64,000 nucleotides of DNA, from NCBI GenBank assembly GCA_964447445.1, contig CAYUSW010000065.1, positions 1,106 to 65,105 on the forward strand, written 5' to 3'. Below the pieces are notes generated by a model, which was not told where the DNA came from, did not search any database, and saw only the letters and a list, made by a program, of their open reading frames with translations. This DNA comes from an uncultured Thermotogae bacterium. GTDB taxonomy: Bacteria; Bipolaricaulota; Bipolaricaulia; UBA7950; UBA9294. A program made the translations under genes and the position numbers. The number at the start of each line of letters is the position of its first letter. Within the stretch, counting starts at the first letter, position 1. Shown piece after piece: positions 59,164 to 64,000 of this stretch.

Positions 59164-59402
59164 GGATCGCCGGAGGCGGGAGTGACAGAGGACGCTAGTT
59201 CATCGAACAAGCGCAGAGTCGCTTGACCATCCGCGGCGGACATACGCTGGATGGCGAAGCCCGCGTGGACCAGAACATAGTCGCCGGGACGCACGAGTTC
59301 GGACAGCGTTTCGAGGCGGACTGTCGCGCCGACTCCGCCGTAGTCGACCTCGGCCGTCTGGCCGGAAACCGAAAGCACGAGCGCCGGAGCGGCTAGGCAC
59401 AT
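59160..59402 (-). CDS. hypC: hydrogenase maturation protein HypC/HupF
   Basis: MCLAAP N-terminus (Cys2) and OB-fold. 80 aa. Confidence 0.82.
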   Translation of the reverse strand: MCLAAPALVLSVSGQTAEVDYGGVGATVRLETLSELVRPGDYVLVHAGFAIQRMSAADGQATLRLFDELASSVTPASGDP

Positions 59403-59502
59403 GTGGGATCACCAGGTGAGATTATAGCGCGGGGTGACCACTCGCTGGCAACGGCAGCCCGCGATAGACTGCGACGAAGCCGACGGGAAGTGAGGAGGTG
59501 GC

Positions 59503-59847
59503 TTGATGGCCGATCGTCTCTATGAGCGAATCTACGATGTGGTGCGCCACGTTCCGAGAGGGAGAGTGGCTACGTACGGAGCCATTGCGCGGGCGGTGGG
59601 GATGCCGCGGGGTGCGCGTCAAGTAGGCTACGCGATGGCGGCGCTGGGTCGCGGGCAGCCGAGGCCTGACGTTCCGTGGCATCGCATTGTCAATGCGAAG
59701 GGCGAGTCAAGCATCGGAGACGAACAGATCGAGCGACTGCGCGCTGAGGGGGTCTCGTTCGGGCCGGACGGACGCATCGACCTCCGAGTCCACGCCTGGG
59801 ATGAAGTCGCCGGCGAAGGATTCGAACAGGAAGGGCTGTTCGGGTGA
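59503..59847 (+). CDS. alkyltransferase-like protein (ATL; MGMT DNA-binding domain with PWHRIV in place of the PCHRV active site)
   Basis: MGMT helix-turn-helix/Arg-finger region (YGAIARAVGMPRGARQVG) is present. The active-site Cys is replaced by Trp (PWHRIVNAKGE), the hallmark of non-catalytic ATL proteins. Confidence 0.75.
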   Translation: MMADRLYERIYDVVRHVPRGRVATYGAIARAVGMPRGARQVGYAMAALGRGQPRPDVPWHRIVNAKGESSIGDEQIERLRAEGVSFGPDGRIDLRVHAWDEVAGEGFEQEGLFG

Positions 59848-59884
59848 CGCCATTCCGTCCGAGCTTCGTACTGCAGTGAGTCGC

Positions 59885-61075
59885 ATGTCGCGGCCGCGAG
59901 TCATCGCCGATCTGCACCTCCATTCTCGCTTCAGTCGTGCCACGAGCCCGCGCATGGATCTCGGGGGACTCGCGCGCGGGGCTCGGCAGAAAGGAGTGCA
60001 TCTCCTGGGAACAGGCGATGCGACGCACCCGGAATGGCTCGCCTGCATCCGCCGCCAGCTCAAGCCAACGGGCGACGGGGTGTACGAGTGCGGCGGAGTG
60101 CACTCCCTCGTCACTGGCGAGGTGTCGTCTTCGTGGCAAGCTGAGGGGAAAGGCCGGCGCGTCCACCTGCTTCTCCTGCTGCCATCGATCGCGGCGGCGC
60201 ACCGGGCATCGAGATGCCTGAGTCGGATGGGAGCGGTCCAGTCGGAGGGTCGCCCCGCGCTTCGCGCGGCGGCCGTGGATGTGGTCGATGCCGTCTGGGC
60301 GGCGGCGCCCGGAGCCGTGGTCATCCCTGCGCACGTCTGGACTCCGTGGTACTCCGTCTTCGGAGCGCGTTCAGGGTTTGACTCCCTCGACGCGTGCTTC
60401 GGTCCGTACGCCGACCGCATCCGAGCCATTGAGACCGGGCTGTCGAGCGACCCTTCCATGTGCCGCCGTGTCTCTATGTTGGACAGGCTGACCCTTGTGT
60501 CCTTCTCCGACGCGCATTCCCCGGACCGACTAGGACGCGAAGCGACGATCCTCGCTCTGGAGGAGATCTCGTTTCCGGCTGTTGCGTCGGCGCTGACAGG
60601 TTCCGGCGGCTGCGCGGGAACGATCGAGCTCTTTCCCCAGGAGGGGAAGTACTACCAAGATGGACACCGCGCCTGTGGGATATCGGTCACGCCGGGAGAG
60701 GCGCGCCGGCTGCGAGGCCGCTGCCCCGCATGCGGGCGAGCTCTCACACCGGGGGTCCTTCACCGGGTCGAGGAGCTTGCGGATCGCGCTCTGTCGCGCT
60801 ACGTGCCGCCGCACGACCACGTGATTCCGCTCGACGAGATCGTCGGCCACCTCCTCCGTCGTGGGCCGCGGACCCAGACCGTGGCGGCCGCGGTGGAGGA
60901 GCTCGTGAGGCGCTACGGGTCGCAACTCGCGGTTCTGGTCGAACGTCCGGTCGAGGACCTGCGGGATGCCAACCCGCTTGGGCTCGCGGATGCGATAGCG
61001 GCAGTTCGGGCGGGCCACGTGACCGTGACGGCGGGATACGACGGGGTGTACGGCACGGCGCAACCTAACGTCTAG
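59885..61075 (+). CDS. PHP-domain nuclease, endonuclease Q (EndoQ)-like
   Basis: N-terminal PHP motif VIADLHLHSRFSRATSP...GTGDATHPEW and later His/Asp clusters (PAHVWTPW, FSDAHSP). Internal zinc-finger candidate CGISV...GRCPACGR. The start is ATG 59885 or GTG 59877. Confidence 0.55.
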   Translation: MSRPRVIADLHLHSRFSRATSPRMDLGGLARGARQKGVHLLGTGDATHPEWLACIRRQLKPTGDGVYECGGVHSLVTGEVSSSWQAEGKGRRVHLLLLLPSIAAAHRASRCLSRMGAVQSEGRPALRAAAVDVVDAVWAAAPGAVVIPAHVWTPWYSVFGARSGFDSLDACFGPYADRIRAIETGLSSDPSMCRRVSMLDRLTLVSFSDAHSPDRLGREATILALEEISFPAVASALTGSGGCAGTIELFPQEGKYYQDGHRACGISVTPGEARRLRGRCPACGRALTPGVLHRVEELADRALSRYVPPHDHVIPLDEIVGHLLRRGPRTQTVAAAVEELVRRYGSQLAVLVERPVEDLRDANPLGLADAIAAVRAGHVTVTAGYDGVYGTAQPNV

Positions 61076-62094
61076 AGGCGCCGGCGCGAGAAGAAGGCGT
61101 CGACACGTTGCTGCAAGCGCTCTTTCCGATCATCGGGCAAGAAGGCTGCCTGGACGCTGTTCGTCACGAGAGACTGGATCGACTCACGCCCGAACTTGAA
61201 CGCCTTCGCGATCGCGGTGAACTCATGAGAGAGGTCGACCTGGGACATGAGCCGATTGTCGGTGCTGATCGTCACAGGGATGCCGAGGTCGATGTAGCGC
61301 GCAAGCGGGCTATCAGCGTACGACGTCATGAACCCCGAGATCTGAAGGTTGCTTGTGGGGCACATCTCCAAGGGGATCCCAAGCTCTGCGACGCGGCTCT
61401 CCGTCTTGGGAGCCTGGAACAGGTAGACGCCGTGGCCGATGCGCTCCGCTCCGAGGTCGACCGCCTCCTTGATCTGCTCGGGGCAGCACCCCTCGCCGGC
61501 GTGGATGGTGACGTGGAGTCCGGCATCGTGGGCGAACTCGACTGCCTTGCGGTGTTTGAGCGGCGGGAACGAGCGCTCTGGCCCGGCGAGGTCGATGCCG
61601 ACGACGCCGCTGCGGCGGAACTGCGCGGCGAGCTGGACGGTCTCAATCGAGTGTTCGGTCGACTCCTGCTTCAGGGCGGTGAGGATGAGGCCGGACTCCA
61701 CTCCGAGCTCCTGCTCAGCGCGACTCATGCCCGCGAGCACCGAGGTGACGACGTCGCGGGGCTTGAGCTCGAGGCGCGTGTGGAGGAGGGGCGCGAAGCG
61801 GATCTCGATGTAGATCACGTTCTCGGCCGCGGCGTCAACACAGAGCTCGTAGGCGGCGCGCTCGAGTGCGGCCTGAGTCTGCAAGAGCGGGACCGTGAAG
61901 TCGAAGGCGGCGAGGTAGACGTCGAGCGGCCGCTTGCCCTTCGGGATGATGGCGGCACGCAGGTCGTCGGTCTGGGGAAGGCCCGCCTCCGGCCGCACGT
62001 CTCGTGCGAGCTCCTCGACAGTGTTCCAACGCAGGGAGCCGTCGAGGTGCACGTGAAGCTCGACCTTCGGCATCCGTCGAATCCATTCCGCCAT
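61072..62094 (-). CDS. add: adenosine deaminase
   Basis: PKVELHVHLDGS, HAGE and TDNRLMS motifs. Start ATG 62094; the track's 118-aa N-terminal extension is low-complexity and unsupported. Confidence 0.85.
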   Translation of the reverse strand: MAEWIRRMPKVELHVHLDGSLRWNTVEELARDVRPEAGLPQTDDLRAAIIPKGKRPLDVYLAAFDFTVPLLQTQAALERAAYELCVDAAAENVIYIEIRFAPLLHTRLELKPRDVVTSVLAGMSRAEQELGVESGLILTALKQESTEHSIETVQLAAQFRRSGVVGIDLAGPERSFPPLKHRKAVEFAHDAGLHVTIHAGEGCCPEQIKEAVDLGAERIGHGVYLFQAPKTESRVAELGIPLEMCPTSNLQISGFMTSYADSPLARYIDLGIPVTISTDNRLMSQVDLSHEFTAIAKAFKFGRESIQSLVTNSVQAAFLPDDRKERLQQRVDAFFSRRRL

Positions 62095-62212
62095 GGTCAC
62101 GTCCAGTCTACAATCCGCTTGCCTCTTGGCCAATCGAACAGGGTTCCCTGTTTCGCGTTGTCCGCTTCCCCGCCTATACTGCCCACGAGATTGTAACGTG
62201 TGGGGGGCGTGG

Positions 62213-63829
62213 ATGGTTGAGGTCGTATTCAGTGTAGCGGGCGGGCTGGCGGTGTTTCTCTTCGGGCTGCGGATTCTCAGCGATGCGCTCAAGCGCGCGG
62301 TCGGAGACCGCATGCGGTCGATCATCGAGCGGCTCACCGGGAAGCCGTATCGGGGAGTGCTCGTGGGCGCGGTGACATCCGCGACACTACAGTCGAGCAC
62401 GATGACGATGGTTCTCCTGATCGGGCTCATCAATGCGGGCATCCTCACGCTGGCTCAGGGGATTGGCGTCATGCTCGGGTCGGAGATCGGGACGACGCTG
62501 ACCGCGCAGATCATTGCGTTCAAGATCGGCATCTACTACATGCCCAGCATTGCGATCGGCTACTTCCTCGGGGAAACGTTCCGCGGGAAGAAGGCCGGCG
62601 ATGTGGGCCGGATTATCCTCGGGCTAGGCCTCGTCTTCCTCGGGATGAGCATCTTTACCGGCGGGCTGAAGGGGCTGGCGGAAAGCCCGGCGATCCTCGG
62701 CGTCCTGCAAGCGTGCGGGAGCAACGTGCTTCTCGGCGTGTTGGTCGGCGCCGGTGTCACCGCTGCGATCCACAGCTCTGCGGCCATGACCGCGCTTGTG
62801 ATCGGACTGGGCTCGTCGAGTCTCATCACGCTTCCTGCTGCGATTGCCATGGTTCTCGGCGCGAACATCGGCACGACAGTGACGGCGCAGATCGCATCCG
62901 TCGGAACATCTCTCTCATCGCGCCGTCTTGCCGTCACCCAGCTCGTCGTCAACGTGGCTGGCGTCGCCGTGTTTCTGCCGTTTCTCCCGTGGTTTGCGCG
63001 CCTCGTGGAGACAACCTCGTCCTCGCTTCCTCGGCAGATCGCGAACGCCCACACGATCTTCAACGTGACGGTCACTCTGGCGCTGATCCCGTGCGTTGGT
63101 CTTCTGGTCTGGGTTGCGCGTCGATTGGTTCGTGGCCGCGAGGAGACTTCGCAACGAAGGACGCAGTTCATCGGGGAGCAATTCCTGGCGACTCCGGCCA
63201 TCGCGGTGCGGCAGGCGGAGCGGGAGCTCGTGCGGATGGGCGAGATGACCACGGCCATGATCCGCGCCTGCAAGCAGGGAGTCGTGAAGAGCGACCCCGC
63301 CGAGACGGCGTCCGTCGCCGAAGTGGAAGAGGCGATCGACAGCCTGAAGGAGTCGGTGGACGAGTATCTCGAGCGGATCGACGGGAGCACGCTGAGCGGC
63401 GAGAACGAACGTCGTCTCCACGTGCTACGTCATATTGCGGCCGACATCGAGCGCGTCGGAGACCAAGCCGTGAACATCACCGTGCGCGCCGGCAAGCTCC
63501 TTGCGAAGAAGCGACGCCTGTCCACCACGGCCCTTGAAGAACTCGGCGACATGTTCGACCGAGCCATCGAACTCTACCAGCTGTCGCTTGCCGCGCTGGA
63601 GTCCGAAGATACGGACCGCGCCAAGCGCGCGTTGGAGCTGGAGAAGAGCCTCGACATCCTTGAGACCCAGTACAAGGCGCACCACGTCACGCGGCTCGAG
63701 GCGGCAGAGTGCGATCCCGAAGCAGGGATTCTATTCGCCGAGATCCTCCACAACCTCGAGCGGATCGGCGATCACGCGACGAACATCGCCGGCGACGTCC
63801 TCATCATCCACCCCGAGGGGGCCGAGTAG
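62213..63829 (+). CDS. Na/Pi cotransporter family protein with C-terminal PhoU-like domains
   Basis: Two NptA repeats (QSSTMT / HSSAAMTA) and a C-terminal PhoU-like helical repeat. Start ATG 62213. Confidence 0.82.
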   Translation: MVEVVFSVAGGLAVFLFGLRILSDALKRAVGDRMRSIIERLTGKPYRGVLVGAVTSATLQSSTMTMVLLIGLINAGILTLAQGIGVMLGSEIGTTLTAQIIAFKIGIYYMPSIAIGYFLGETFRGKKAGDVGRIILGLGLVFLGMSIFTGGLKGLAESPAILGVLQACGSNVLLGVLVGAGVTAAIHSSAAMTALVIGLGSSSLITLPAAIAMVLGANIGTTVTAQIASVGTSLSSRRLAVTQLVVNVAGVAVFLPFLPWFARLVETTSSSLPRQIANAHTIFNVTVTLALIPCVGLLVWVARRLVRGREETSQRRTQFIGEQFLATPAIAVRQAERELVRMGEMTTAMIRACKQGVVKSDPAETASVAEVEEAIDSLKESVDEYLERIDGSTLSGENERRLHVLRHIAADIERVGDQAVNITVRAGKLLAKKRRLSTTALEELGDMFDRAIELYQLSLAALESEDTDRAKRALELEKSLDILETQYKAHHVTRLEAAECDPEAGILFAEILHNLERIGDHATNIAGDVLIIHPEGAE

Positions 63830-63840
63830 CGCCGCGCGGT

Positions 63841-64000
63841 TCAGGGCGCCGGAGTGGGGGCGTAGGAGAAGGCGAGGTTCGGCTGCTCGCCAGTTCCCTC
63901 GATGGTCACTGTCGCGTCGGACGCATCGAGAGTCACAACGGCCCACGACGGAGGCCCGCCACGGTCGACGAGCGCCTCGAACGTCACGTAGTGGACTCCC
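63841..64000 (-). CDS. hypothetical protein (3' end only; gene begins beyond window end)
   Basis: An open minus-strand frame runs from the window edge to a TGA stop at 63843-63841. Too little sequence for a call. Confidence 0.3.
   Translation of the reverse strand, partial: GVHYVTFEALVDRGGPPSWAVVTLDASDATVTIEGTGEQPNLAFSYAPTPAP

Noticed and set aside
59503-59847. Calling this gene a functional O6-methylguanine-DNA methyltransferase (ogt)
   Set aside because: The acceptor cysteine of the PCHR motif is replaced by Trp (PWHRIV). This defines the non-catalytic ATL subfamily.
62095-62448. 118-aa N-terminal extension of adenosine deaminase ORF
   Set aside because: Low-complexity sequence overlapping the divergent Na/Pi transporter upstream region. 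ADA homology starts at MAEWIRRMPKVELHVHLDGS.
1-64000. CRISPR arrays, IS elements/transposases, integrases, rRNA genes
   Set aside because: No spacer-repeat periodicity was seen on visual scan, and no transposase or integrase motifs (DDE, tyrosine recombinase R..H..R..Y). The only direct repeat noticed is the 11-bp duplication at 10513-10534.

Overview
High-GC (~65-68%) bacterial chromosomal segment, densely coding, mostly core housekeeping genes. Features from left to right:

- 1-4.7 kb: 3'-truncated mnmA, a cupin, an alkaline-phosphatase-superfamily phosphodiesterase, a secreted protein and a HI0933-family flavoprotein.
- 5.0-10.1 kb: three-gene acetyl-CoA module. It comprises an acetyl-CoA hydrolase/transferase fused to a GNAT domain, an ADP-forming acetyl-CoA synthetase, and a Pta-N-terminal-like AAA_26+DRTGG protein.
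- 10.2-10.6 kb: low-GC orphan ribbon-helix-helix (RHH) gene with an adjacent tandem repeat.
- 10.6-18.7 kb: amidohydrolase, GT4 glycosyltransferase, glmS, a DUF151 nuclease, pgk, tRNA-Gly(CCC) and family-4 UDG.
- 18.8-24.5 kb: infB-DUF503-rbfA without nusA upstream, then fhs and the CCA-adding enzyme.
- 24.6-28.3 kb: a stand-alone DUF87 (HerA/FtsK superfamily) ATPase carrying a coiled coil and a C-terminal wHTH. It is followed by hpf, a degenerate PP-loop protein and an FmdB zinc ribbon.
- 28.3-33.3 kb: a very large rpoC (beta-prime) that is not preceded by rpoB and shows an apparent frameshift near 31.9 kb.
- 33.4-50.7 kb: str operon rpsL-rpsG-fusA with no tuf, then the S10/spc/alpha ribosomal operons (no L30, Z-type S14) through secY-adk-map-infA-rpmJ-rpsM-rpsK-rpsD-rpoA-rplQ. 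A bidirectional terminator closes the run.
- 50.7-64.0 kb: SDR-type threonine-dehydrogenase-like gene, hyuA/hyuB, a lipoprotein, fpg, an orphan hypC-hypD-hypE operon, an ATL (alkyltransferase-like, Cys->Trp) gene co-oriented with an EndoQ-like PHP nuclease, adenosine deaminase and a Na/Pi cotransporter.

Several canonical sigma70-type promoters are visible, including a likely leaderless one. No CRISPR, IS elements or rRNA were seen.

The most interesting candidates are the ATL + EndoQ-like repair pair, the DUF87 ATPase-wHTH protein, the acetyl-CoA/GNAT/Pta-N module, and the rpoC frameshift with its unusual context.
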